Source: Chrysomallon squamiferum (Eukaryota > Animalia > Mollusca). From it: 64,000 nucleotides of DNA. Below, in pieces: positions 26,179-46,728 of this stretch. Every line of letters starts with the position of its first letter. Position 1 is the first letter of the stretch. Position numbers and translations under genes: made by a program. Below the pieces are notes generated by a model. The model ran no database searches. It saw only the letters and a program-made list of their open reading frames with translations, and was not told where the DNA came from. Location of the stretch: the NCBI GenBank assembly GCA_012295275.1, contig CM022672.1, positions 26,226,001 through 26,290,000 on the forward strand, written 5' to 3'.

Positions 26179-27132
26179 TCCAAGATAAACAAAATTGATT
26201 TTACAATATAAATGAGCTTAACACCGCCTATAACATGTTTCTGTCGTCGAAGTCGATCGAGGAAGTTTACGTTTCACTTTAAAGAGAGATAACTCATATG
26301 AAAGAAACTTGTTTTCTTTTTCTTTTTCCCTTTAGCGTCTCTTTGATAGTAAAGCTTAACGATATGTTTTGTTTTGTTTTCTATGTTTAAATGTTTCCTG
26401 TATCGCAGTATTGTCATCAGTGGTTAAGTGTGGCAAGTAAAACTGCTTATGTGTTGGTGTTTCTAATGCATTTTGTATAAATAAAAATAAAAATAAAAAT
26501 AACACGCTAAAAAATTCAGTAAATCAAAAAAAATTCAGTAAAAACACTGTTATTTATATGTGCCTGTACGGGTGTAGTATTAATGGGGTGCTTTGGATCA
26601 AACAGCTAACATTTTTCTCTCCTTAACAGTTTATAGTTTCTTAATATCAGTGTTGTATATGCAATAATTTAATGAAATGAAATTAATGCATATTTAACAA
26701 CACCTGAAATAAAAACATTTTAGTAGTAAGGATCACACTTCATTGGTATCGGACATACTTTTTCGACTGTAGTGTTAGAATGAGAAATTTTTTATGACGT
26801 CTAGTGGAATTATAAATAATAAATGATTCGTCTTGAACTTGAAAAAAAATTAACATGCTAATCAGAGCAAGCTGTTGTGAAGCACGTCTAGGACGGGCAC
26901 GCTTTCTGGCAGGTCAGAGGGCGAGTCCGTCGCAGAATGATTCGTCGACTGCCTTTCATATATATATATATATTACAGTATGCAATATTCGCTTAGATAA
27001 TAGTATTATATCTAAGGGAAACAACTCCAAAAGGATTAGAAAAAGAAAAGCCCCAAAACAACTGATTTCGTCGTAGAGTAATCGTTGATAATGGGTTTTA
27101 AGCAAGAACGAAAATAGTATAAATCAAATAAA
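26179..27132. promoter_or_regulatory. Putative bidirectional promoter region between the divergent DOK and DDX41 starts
   Basis: The start codons are about 950 bp apart, head-to-head. CpG-enriched patches lie at about 26220-26290 and 26860-27080 against a CpG-poor background. Confidence 0.65.
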
Positions 27133-35083
<7,951 letters not shown>

Positions 35084-38000
35084 AAGAAAAATGTAACATT
35101 TTGGCAGAAAATCTCATGCTGAAGAACATGTACATGCTAAAATATCCTTCTAAGCAGTGAAGACTGCCAGAAAGTATTCTCAGTGAGTCATTTTCAGTGA
35201 CTTCTGAAATCTCTGCTAATAATGTACTGGACATAAAACAAGTTGGATTTTGTTACAGTTGAAGAATGTATTAGGAAGATGTCAAAAGAATTTATTTCAT
35301 ATTTTAATAACCATCTGTTGATATTAAAGACAAATGGATGACATTACTGGCAAAATAACAGTTATCCTTACATGATGTCTTAATCTTATTCTAGTTGAAT
35401 ACATTACAAACATTATTCATCATCAAGAGTTAGACAGTACCAAGCTTTTTTAATAGTATTTATAATTTCTAGATACAGAAATGTCAGTGTTTTGTGTGTC
35501 ATGGATAGTTCACATTATGCTGGGCAACAGTTTCACTGATTCCAAGTTTAAAGACACATAGTTAACATTGTTAATGTTAATAATGTTTACATACATAATC
35601 ATGCTGTTTAATTTTCATTATTCATTGAACATTAATTTCAGTTTTATATCCTTTGGCATGCCACTACCACTTGCAAAAATGAATTTCCAAAAGAGTATTT
35701 AAGTGTAGTTATCTTACCAGATTATCAGAATGGTGTTCATTGTTTTCCAGACTTTTTTGTAATGTGAAGTGGAAAGAAAAATGTTATTAATGCTGTTTTA
35801 GAAATTTAATCAGTTTGCAAACTGTCAGTAATTAATAAACTTTATCTGTAAATTATGGTTACCAGAACTGAATTTCAAATATTTGGATTCTTTCTGCATT
35901 TCATCAAGTTTTAATATATATATAAAAACATACACACACATATACGTATAAAATTTATATATATATATATAAAATTTCATTACAAACAAATAGATCAGCA
36001 TGCAAATTAAATTTATAAATTATTCATCAGTCATGTGAGTAACTGTTTTATACATTTTAACTTATTTTGGTTTTTCCATTATTATACCTTAATAATATAA
36101 AAGCAATAAAATTTTAAAACATTAATAATATATTACCTGTTTTTCTATTACTGCAGCAAATTAATTTTGTATAGATAAAAAGGAATCTTTTAAAGAAAAT
36201 TATTAACCACACCAACCAGAATTAAGCAGTTTTTATATTCAATTCATTATGACAATATCAATATACATATACCAATGTATGATGTATGTGGCATGGAAAG
36301 GGGTTAATAAAAATAAGCTACATGCCAATTAATGCAACAGGAATAAAATGTTATTCACATATATGAAGGTTCTGTGATAATAGTAACAAATTTAAAAAAA
36401 AAAAAAAAAAAAAAAAAGAATGGTTAGCATATAACAGTAGTGTGAAGTATCAGTAATATTTCAAATAACCAAGTTATCTTGTTCAGTTCTTCTTCCCCTC
36501 CCTACATGGTTCCCAGTTGTATTAATTTTTAAAATCTTTATGTATCAACATTTACCATTTCGTATTTTGTATTTACCAGTTCCATCCATAAGCTGTTTAT
36601 AAAAAAAAAAAAAAAAAAAGTTTTTACTGAAGTAAACAACAAACAAAATGGACGATAGTACTTTTCTTTATTGCTTCAGCATTCTGACACTGGGTAGAGA
36701 CTACTTGCACAGGGAAAAACAAGCTAAAGGTAACAATAACCTGAACACTGGGCAAATAGCCTCACCATCTACAATGTGGACACAGCTGAAATTTCGTTAA
36801 GTACATATACAAGACATATCACCTTGGTCCAAACACATTATCACATAGGCTTTGTTCCTGTATATACATGAACAATACTGATATAACAATCTCATGTTGT
36901 TGGGAAACAATATACATACATGTCAAGTGTTAATTTAGCAGACATCATCACAATGATTTCAATATGCCTCTTGAGCAACAGCCGCCAATAAATCTCTTCC
37001 AAACCATTTACTTGTTTCTAAACATGAGCAAATAATTCTTAAACTGTAATTTATAAAATTCCCCACAAGTCTTATCCATTCTGCAGAGCTGATCTCATCT
37101 TCTACTTTTGACTTTTGATAGAATAATTATGTTTTTATGAAAATTACTAGAGAAAATAAAATAAAATGATTTAATATTACTAGTTTCATTCCCTTTTCAA
37201 CTCCTTATCATTCTGATATTAATGTTGTTGCAAGAATGAAAAAGAGAGGTGGATATACATGTATTTAATCAAAATAAATTCTGAAAAGAAATCTAATAAA
37301 CAATAACCAATAACATGCAAACACTTAAAAATGGAACAAATATCAACTTACTCAATGCACAAATGTAACCATTTTAGAGTGATTTAAAATGTGGAATACA
37401 TTGTCATTTTTAATTGTTAATTATTCATCAAACAGTGTCATGCTTATTGTTTTAACTTCCTTTTTCATAAAGCTACTTAAGAACTGGTCCTTTCTGGAAG
37501 CTGGAATGTTGCTTCTAAATCTGCATATTTAACACCTATAGAATTTGTACAAACTAACAAAGATTGAGTTACAAATTGCCAATTATTGCACTCTAAAAGG
37601 AATGTATGAAATCCACTGGGTACCTTAGCAGAAAAAATACATCACTGTTTTGTGAAAAATAGTTTTCTTTCTCCAAACCAAGCCAAAATGTGTTACAATA
37701 ACACTAAATTAAGATTTAAAATAAAATGATAAAATTATATTTTAGTTTAAAGAAACAAAAAAAACATTTTAATTTTCATTCATGTCATTTGGAAACAGAA
37801 ATAAGACATTTGTTTATAAAGAAAAATACAGTGTAAAGTATACCCCAGTAAGTTACTATTGACTAGAACTTGATTTAACTTTGGCTTACTTTACTATACC
37901 TCTTTAAAAGCATAAACATTCCATTCATTATCCTTCAAACTGAAAAATGTTTATCTGAACTGCATTTTGATAGGAATAAAATAATAAAAAGAAACTTGTA

Positions 38001-39708
38001 TACAGAGCACTTCAGACCTTTATTTTTCATGTCCATCAAATAAGCATCTTGCACATATTATCCAAACTTTCAAATTTGAAATGGTATCTGTAAAACAATA
38101 CTCCACATAAATTTTTACTCATGGTAAATTTGTTATTAAAATGGTTACTGAACTCAACATTTACTATTTATATTGATTTAATTTGAATTAGTGTGGCATA
38201 AAAACAAATAAAACTTTGGTAATTCAAACAGTATTTAAAAAAAAAGTTTCAGTGTGCAATGTAACCATTATATACCAACAAATAAAACTGCCAATACAAT
38301 ACAAAAAAAGGCACAAGACAAACAAATAAGCACTAGTACTTTTTTCTTTTTAAAGATATACAACATTAACAGTTCACACTTCACATAGTCGAGGGCCTAC
38401 ATTCTGGACTATAAAACACAAAACGTAACGAAAATTGAAGTTCCATGTTCTGTCCAATATGAACATTATCAATGCTGACAAAGGTCTAATAGCATTATTG
38501 TGCTTGTACCCAAAATGTTAGTAAGATCTATTTAAATTGTGACTTTCGTGTTCTTTCAAGAAATCAGTAGATTTTGCTGTCCATTTATTTTTAAAATTAC
38601 AAATCTTCAAGGCCTACCAGTGAATAATGTATGATGCAAGGTGCAATATTTAAGATAAAAAACCAAAGTATAAAAGAAACACAGATGTGTACATTTTTAT
38701 AACACATTTTGAGAAGTTATAAATGTTAGTGATGCAGTATTGAAAATGGCACCATTTTTTTACTTAAAACATTGTTCATCAATGGGAAAGAAAAACAGAA
38801 ATACAATTAAGAAAGTTAAGATGGTTAAAAGCTTCCATTAATATTCCTCATAAAATGTTATCAGTCAAATGAAAGATTGTCAAAACTGCATTAAGAATGA
38901 GACAGTGAAATGAAGTCATGTTTAAATTATTCACTCAAAACCAAACCATTGTCTAACTTGTGAATGTTATGTTATTTGATTGACTTCTTTTAACCTAACA
39001 CCCAATTCAGTTTGGGTTTTTTACACCGAAGGAGGCTAAAGTTGACATTCATGATTTGATCTTTTATGAGATTATCATTTCTTGAACACACTGAATACAC
39101 AGCTTCACCAATGTAAAGAAGAAAAAGAAACCTTAAGATGCTAGATACCAATTACAAACTCTTACTTTAGATTTACAACAAAAATTTATTGCTATAATTA
39201 TAAGAAAGTGTGCACGTGTGAAGTTAACAAGTGCAGAATTTGTTTATGAAAAGCATGATCTTGCTGAAAAAATTAAGTAATATTCATCAATAATATGTTT
39301 TTTTTAAAGTTACTGTTAAATCTGTCATTTAAGAAAAAATTAATGTGGAAAATTTTGTCTACAATTACAAATCTGGAGGTTTAATATCTTATAGGCAGTT
39401 TGAAAAATGGCTGTAATTTAAACTCAACTGAATTTGAAACAAGCTTTCTTGTGAAATAAAGACTAGCAGCAGGTTTTTTTTTTCAGGAACATTTAATTTT
39501 TCTTCTTGTTTCCCACAACTGCTGCCGAGCAAAAACTAAACAGCACAAACATCACACTTTTTTCCAACTGAAAACTCCAGGTATAAACATTTCCACCGGA
39601 CTCCATTAATTTGATTTGTACTTGCACCAAACAAATTCACAGAGCAGCCCTGCAGTGAAGGACAGCTGGCACCAATTTGAATACTCCCCTGACTAATTCA
39701 ATTATTCA

Positions 39709-42700
39709 CTAATCCTTACTGTGAAATATATACAAATTATTAGTTGCTGCGATGGCTATGATGTTTTCTGCAGGATGCCATGCAGTGTGAAGAATCTTTT
39801 TATTGAAGTCTAAGCAATCTACACTAATTTCATCTTTTTTACGCTTGCCTCCAGTGCAAACTTTACGTGGTTTGAGAACTGTTCGTGGCTTCATGTTTTC
39901 TCGACATGCTTCAAGAGTAAAGTCTTTTTTATGATCACGGTCAAACATTCGGAAGAAGTTGTTATAGGAGCCAGTCATCACATGTCTGAAATAAAGAATG
40001 AAATAAAAATTAATGCCTGAGCAGTTTTCATTTTTTGTATACATTTTATCATTCTCTCTCCCTCTGAAACAACCCAAGAATCAATCCTTAAAAAATATGC
40101 TTTAATCATTTATTGAAATTATTTTAATACTTTATTCAAGCAACAACATTTTGCTGAAGATATTTTATTTTTTAATATCATCCAAACAAAACTGGATCAA
40201 CCATCAGTTTAAAGTGTCTTCAGTATTTATGGACTCTGATGTCAATTATCTTTTCAGTACTGTCATATAACAAAGAAATTTTGAGCTGTGATAGAAGTAC
40301 ATATTCAAACAACACACCACTTATTTTATTGTAACTTAATCTCTTTATACAACAATCACAATTGTTCTACTTAACACTGGGGGGGAAACAAACAAACAAA
40401 CAAAAAAAAATATGTAAGAAAACAATACCTGTCATCACCACTCCATGAGCATTCGAACTTGTCAAATATACAGTCATTTTCATACAATGAGCACAGTTTG
40501 CTGCGGAGATATTCATGAACTTGGTATGTTTCCACAGGTTTATTCTCCATATGTAAGTCCCATACTTTCACAGATAAATAATCTCTTGTAATCATGTATC
40601 TACCGTTGTGACTAAATTTAACATCAGATATACTAGAAATAATTTCAGAGAAGAAACTGCGATTGGTTGGATCTTCTGGTTCTTCGAACACTGCATAATG
40701 AAAAATGTGAAGTTATATAAAAGAATCAATCAGAAGATTTAAAACCAGATATAAAAACATTTCAGTTATATATATTGTTCTTAATGAGACTTCAGCAACT
40801 CACTTTGAAACTGAAATTGTATGCAAGTCATGGGGCCGTTAGCCAGAAAATGCTTTCAGCGCGAATCCAGTTTAAAACCAGATTTAAAAACATTTCAGTT
40901 ATATATATTGTTTTTAATGAGACTTCAGCAACTCACTTTTGAAACTGAAATTGTATGCAAGTCACGGGGCCGTTAGCCAGAAAATGCTTTCAGCGCGAAT
41001 CCTGCAACATCAATATTCCTGCTTGTATATTGTGTGTTTGAAACATTATCAAACAACAATTGTCTGCTGCAGGGATTATCTTTATTTATCATCAGTGTAC
41101 TAAGTTACTCATAATTTAAAAATTAACTTTTACATTTTTTTTGAAGTAATTTAATATTTTAATACTATAGCATCAGGAACAGACACTTCAATAAAATACA
41201 GTATAATTTAATACTGCAGAACGTGGATTGGATGGGTTTATTTAGGAAATTGTTAATTAAAATATTAATTTATATTTTCAAAACACGTGTATACTGGCAG
41301 CTGCTTTAGCTTTAATAACACAAGCAATTTATTATAATAAATTATTTTCATGCTTTACAGTTTTCTGACTATTCAAATGATTCTTGATTCTGATTAACCC
41401 ATGCATGTTTATTTTACACATTATCTAACATTTCTGCTTTATTCCAGACTAACTGAAAGCTTTCACTTGTTTTTATTAATGAATGCAAAAAATTTAAAAC
41501 ATTAAATAAAAAAGGTAATAATAATAATTATAATAATAATAATAATCTTAATATGTATTTTGAAAAAAAAGAATGTAAGGAAATTACAGACATACAATGC
41601 AAATTATTTGCAGCAGATACCATTCATCAAAGTTTCTGTTTTGAAAGACATAGAACAAGTAGATAACTTCAGAACAAAGAATGCCAGACAGAGGAATTTT
41701 TATCATTAGCTTGAAAAACATTGCAACTAAAATGAAATAATATTTTAACTAACTATTGGACTGCCATTTCTAATAAGGCATACATAAATATCTTATTTAT
41801 ATAATTTCACTTCCCATTCAAAAATTATAACGAAGATGTATTCTAACAAAATTTAATTTCCTTATCCAAACATATACTTTTCAATCTGACATCTAAGCTT
41901 TTCTTAGTGTTCCAAAAAATTTGTTTTCAACATTTAAAGACCGAACAGGTAAAAAGTGTCTTGGCAAAACCTATAGACTCTGCATGTGTTAAAATTAATA
42001 TCTAGAAAATTAACCAGGACTGAAAATACCCAACACCCAAGAATAATAATAATAATAATAAATAAAATATATATATAAATTTTTTTTGAATTTAATAACA
42101 TTAAAAAATGATAATAATAAAAATAATAAACCCATGGTTAACACCTGTGCTATTCTGTACCATGCAGAGTATACAAAAATCTTCATACGTACACTTACAT
42201 TTGGCGTGCTGGTCACAAAGAGCCTGCTGCCTCATATCACAAAGTCTGATGGATCCCTTACTGCTGCTGTATACGAACATGTTACATTCCTTTGGATGGA
42301 ATTCTGCTGCTGTTATTACTTCTGTTAGCTCTTCCATATTCGCAGGTTTGATATCAACAATATCTGTACCATGTTAAGGAAAAAACAACAACCATGGATG
42401 TTTTTAATATTCTTTTGTTCCTTACTATTTAAGAATGAAAATAAATGAATCTGCAAACCTTTAATAGTTTCTGTATCTGTAGAGTAACTTAAAATGCTTT
42501 AATGTAAAAAATGTGATTAAAATTTAACTTGTCAAAATCATTTACACAAGAAGCTTTTCCTCTTCAAACTCTTTCATGAACATGAAAAGGATACTAAAAC
42601 TTTGGTCTGTTATTTCTAAATTCCAGAGATTTATCCTGAGGTCATCGGCAGACAGATACGTTTCTTGATCACTATTGACAGATATAGAATTGATGTGATA

Positions 42701-44829
42701 TGTGTGAGCATTGGAAAACACTCGTTTGGGACTAGCTTCAACCATCAATTCCATAGGAGCAAAGTTTGGCACTCGGAGGGTTGTGATCGAAGTTGGGTCT
42801 CGCATTATGCCATTTTCATCTTTTAGGTTGTATCCTTCTGGCTTTTTATCACGTTCAGCTACTTTCCATAATTTCACTGTCTTGTCTATTTAATTACAAT
42901 AGAAACAGGTTTATAGACAGAGAGAAATTAATAAATTCATGATATATAATAATAATAAGTTAAAATGTTAAACCGAAGACTACAATTATTACACATTCAT
43001 TAAATCAAAACTTGTTTATAAATCTGACAACATTTTACAAGTTTATATTCTAACAGTGATACTGATAAATTTAAACATACCATTTGTTGATAGTAAAAAA
43101 TGATTTCTGTTTGTTCTTTTTAACCAACGTATTTTGTTAATTTTTTCTTCAATTTCGAGACTTTTCAGATAGTCAAATTCCGGTTCATGGCTTTGGAAGG
43201 TGCTATACACATTGTATTCTCCACGACTACTTCCTGGAACATTCACTTTGGTATGTAACATTCCATCCTCCTTTTAAAATAAAATTATTATAAATATTAA
43301 GGTATGGAAAAAAAAAACTGGCAACATTATCTTTTACAAATTTTGAAACAATGAGAACTATCTACTATACTATAAAGAATATTCTTTTCACTATCATAAA
43401 TATCTCTAGTGAATGCATTGCTATGAGGGATAGAAAATAGCAAATATATACAATTATAAAGAATTAAAATGTACACATCTGTATTTGAATGTTTAATCAG
43501 TAAAAATTATTTTCTGTTTGTCAAATCATTGAAAGAGAACTTCATGAAACCATGCAATACATTAAAAGAACCTTCAACAACAAATATATAAATAAAAACA
43601 TCTTTTTGCAGGTAGATGTAATAGATGAATTAATACTATATTGCCATTTGTTACTAATGTGCTTTGAATCAAGATACTTACTATTTTATCACGCTGGAAG
43701 ATGACGACACGACCTCCTTTGTCACCAGTTGCCAATAATTCTCCATCACTATTGAATTCAACACAAGAAATAATGTCAGCTGAAAAAAGATAATTATAAT
43801 AAAAATTATTAATTCAAGCTCAGAATTAAAAAACAAGAACAGTTTTTTAGTTTAAACAAAACAGATTATTACTATTCTTTACTGAAATACACTATTATCA
43901 CCCAATTCAGAATCCAGTTGAAACAGAATAGTTGACAATCCTGATTCAAAGGGTTAAAAAATACAATAAAAAAATAAAAATTATAAAAAGATAATTAGCT
44001 GCACTTTAACCTCTGATCTGGGTTTTTGGGGGAAGCATAATTTTCTTCTTACAAAATAAAACAATGTTTATATTTTTTCTCTCTATTTAAATTTAAATAC
44101 AACCATTTCAAAAATCATCAAAGAAATAATAATAAAAAAACTAGAAACTGAAATTAAATTTTGATTTTTGAACTTACAAAATGAATATCACTACCAATTC
44201 ACTATATATAAAAAAAATAAAAAAAAAAAAACACATAAAAAATCCGAAATAACTTTTTCAAATTGTAATCCTATCACCCTATCAGACTCCTTATGAGCAG
44301 TGAACAGTATTAAATACTCATATTCAATATCTTATCTTTTAAACTGTTTGAGTAAAATTTACTCCCAAACGTGAATTAATTAATTAATATCGTTAAATAT
44401 AATTATTTGACTGTTTGGTCACTATTTACTCATTAAGTAAGGGTATGTTTAAATGTATACATTATAGTAAACAAATACACAATCACAACATGTAATCATT
44501 TTTATAAACAGTCGAAACCATTCTTTGTTGTTTCTATTAGACTGTAATGATTATTGGTAACTAAATCGGTGAATGTAGCAGAAGACGGAAGTGGAGAATT
44601 CTCTAACATGTTTGCAAGATTAAACAAAGGCCTACCTTCTGTAACTTCATCTTCTATCGTACCCTTGACTTGTGAAAAACACCATTGAATTTCACCACCA
44701 TTTCCTGCAAAAGGAACAGATAATACGTAACATGTCACAAAAAATAATCAACGATTAAACGGGTCATGTCACCAAACGTCGTCAGACACCGGCGACATTT
44801 ACTTAATTTTTTCTAAACTCACCCGCCAT
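39709..44829 (-). CDS. PPP2R2: Protein phosphatase 2A regulatory subunit B55 (PR55/twins), WD40 propeller, 8 exons, 452 aa (short N-terminal isoform)
   Basis: Exons 44823-44829 (ATGGCGG|GTGAGT), 44636-44704, 43682-43779, 43081-43270, 42595-42885, 42199-42363, 40429-40690, 39709-39985; sum 1359 nt. Motifs: [101 protein letters not shown]. Confidence 0.98.
40738..41002. repeat. Near-identical tandem duplication (about 132 bp x2) in PPP2R2 intron 6
   Basis: TTTAAAACCAGAT...GGGGCCGTTAGCCAGAAAATGCTTTCAGCGCGAATCC at 40738-40868 and 40871-41002, with only a few differences. Confidence 0.95.
42364..42594 (-). other. U12-type (minor spliceosome) GT-AG intron in PPP2R2
   Basis: 5' splice site GTATCCTTTT; branch site TTTTCCTTAAC followed by only 9 nt (ATGGTACAG) to the end of the intron, with no polypyrimidine tract. 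Splicing restores ...[18 protein letters not shown]. Confidence 0.95.
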
Positions 44830-44967
44830 CGTGAAACAAAATTCAACTTGGATCAATTTCGTAGTACTCGAAAGTCATTTATGCAACAAAATTAATATCA
44901 ATATACATGGACAGAACCTTGCGATGTCATCGGATTCTCATTTATCATGGAACCGGAGAAAATATCA

Positions 44968-45005
44968 CAAAATGGCGCACTATGGCCGACACTTCTATGA
45001 CGTCA
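44968..45005. promoter_or_regulatory. PPP2R2 proximal promoter motifs: YY1-like CAAAATGGCG (44968-44977) and full CRE palindrome TGACGTCA (44998-45005)
   Basis: Both motifs lie in a CpG-rich patch 140-180 bp upstream of the short-isoform ATG, just before an abrupt switch to AT-rich sequence. Confidence 0.55.
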
Positions 45006-45277
45006 CTTCTCTATTGCATTATGGGATTATACTAACATAACAACAACCTCTATAGCAGTTACATAAAATTAATCGTCTATACCCTCAAAATTTAAAATAT
45101 GAACTTTTTAAAAACTTTTTTATTTATTATTAAGCTTTTTTTAATAATAATAATAATAATAATAATAATTAATAATAATATTATTATTATTATTATTAAT
45201 TTTATTATTATTATATAATATAATATATTACTGCATTTTACTAACAAAATAGATTAACTAAAATGTATCAGAGGAAG

Positions 45278-45309
<32 letters not shown>

Positions 45310-46634
45310 CGAAAAAAAAAAAAAAGTGATCAACTTTACAATTTTATTTATTTAATGATGCATACGAAAATATGAAAGATAAGACTGTAGGGCAAACCTC
45401 ATTTAAAACATGAGATACTTTTTGTATGCCTTTCTTCCGCTCTTATATTTATTTTCTCATTAACCTGACCTGCACCCCAGAATACCGAATAAAATGACAA
45501 ATAAATAAATAAATAAAAAATAAAAATTTTAAAAATAAATAAATTAAAGAAGATAAAGAAAAGATACACTAAAAAATCGAAAGTGTTAATAAAACTAATT
45601 AAATATTTATTTTTAATTGTTATTGAATGCGTGATCTCTCTATGTCTCTATCTGTCTGTCAGTTTCTTTCCCTGTCTCTTTCAGCAAAAATAATATTATT
45701 GCATTTTTATTTTGTTATTTATTTATTTACTGAGCGGATCGGCGTAACTGGAACAGTAATAAGTTATTATGTGTATGAAGAACAAAACGGGTGCTGGGCA
45801 AACTGTACTGGATATAGTAATGGTTGTAGAGGCAAAGAGGGGATACAAGAAAGTAAGGTAGGTCAAACCTCTGGATAGTAAAATGAAACTTATTTATAAA
45901 GTTTCACTGTATATCTTAATTTATTATTGTTCACAAAAATGTTCTGCAGCCAGAAGACCCAAACAAGAATTTCAAGATTCAAAAGGTCTTCTTTTTTTTT
46001 TTTTTTTTTTTCATGTTCATAGTAGTTAATAATTCATAAGATCATGAAATATAATGTCCAGTGATATGAGAAATAACGAAACTGAACTTCAGTCAAGTTA
46101 CATTTTGCAGTTTTTAAATTTGTTAATAAATTCTGAATTACTCATAAAAAGTATAAAAATGTTAGACAGGGAAATGTTTTATTATTATTATTTTTATAGA
46201 GACACATTGTGTGTGAAATATTTTACTATTCTTGTATAACACTGAAACATTTATCTATGATTTCTACTTAATTTTATAAAATTATTTACCCAAGTGATCA
46301 CCAATGGGAGAGAAAACAAACCCCAAACTGCCCCTTCCTCAAATAACCTAAGAGCAACAGCAACAAAACTCTTAAATATTTCATAATTCATGCAGTGCAT
46401 GAAGTATACAATAAATAAAGTATTCTAGTCCCAAAACAAAGAAAAAGAAAACAGAACAAACGAAAGAATTAAACAGGCAAAACAAATCGAAGACAAATAG
46501 TAAATAATGATGCAAAATTAAAACCAAACCATTATGAAGAACATTAACAACAACGACAACAATAATAACAGAAAGCTAACAATAATAATAATAATAATAT
46601 ACATTTGGAATGTGAAGATGAAAGTCATCTTTAC

Positions 46635-46728
46635 CTTTCTCTTGTTTGTGGTGGTCCTTATGGACAGCAGTGTGGAACATAGTGGTGATACGGCTGGTCA
46701 GATTGACCGGTGATATTGCAGTGACCAT
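46635..46728 (-). CDS. PPP2R2: Alternative N-terminal coding exon of PPP2R2 (MVTAISPVNLTSRITTMFHTAVHKDHHKQEK-G), within exon 46635-46758
   Basis: Acceptor TTTTCTTTTCAG ending at 46759 and donor AAG|GTAAAG after 46635. An in-frame TGA lies 6 nt before the ATG at 46728. The 94 coding nt end in phase 1, the same phase as the acceptors of PPP2R2 exons 2 and 3. Confidence 0.75.

Noticed and set aside
26855-27076. 73-aa ORF in the DOK/DDX41 promoter as a gene
   Set aside because: It arises from a GC-rich hairpin/repeat patch plus an (AT)n run and is not protein-like. It could at most be a uORF.
36000-39700. Additional miRNA seed matches (e.g. CAGTATT, GTGCCAT) in the putative PPP2R2 3' UTR
   Set aside because: 7-mers are expected by chance in several kb and cannot be supported without conservation data.
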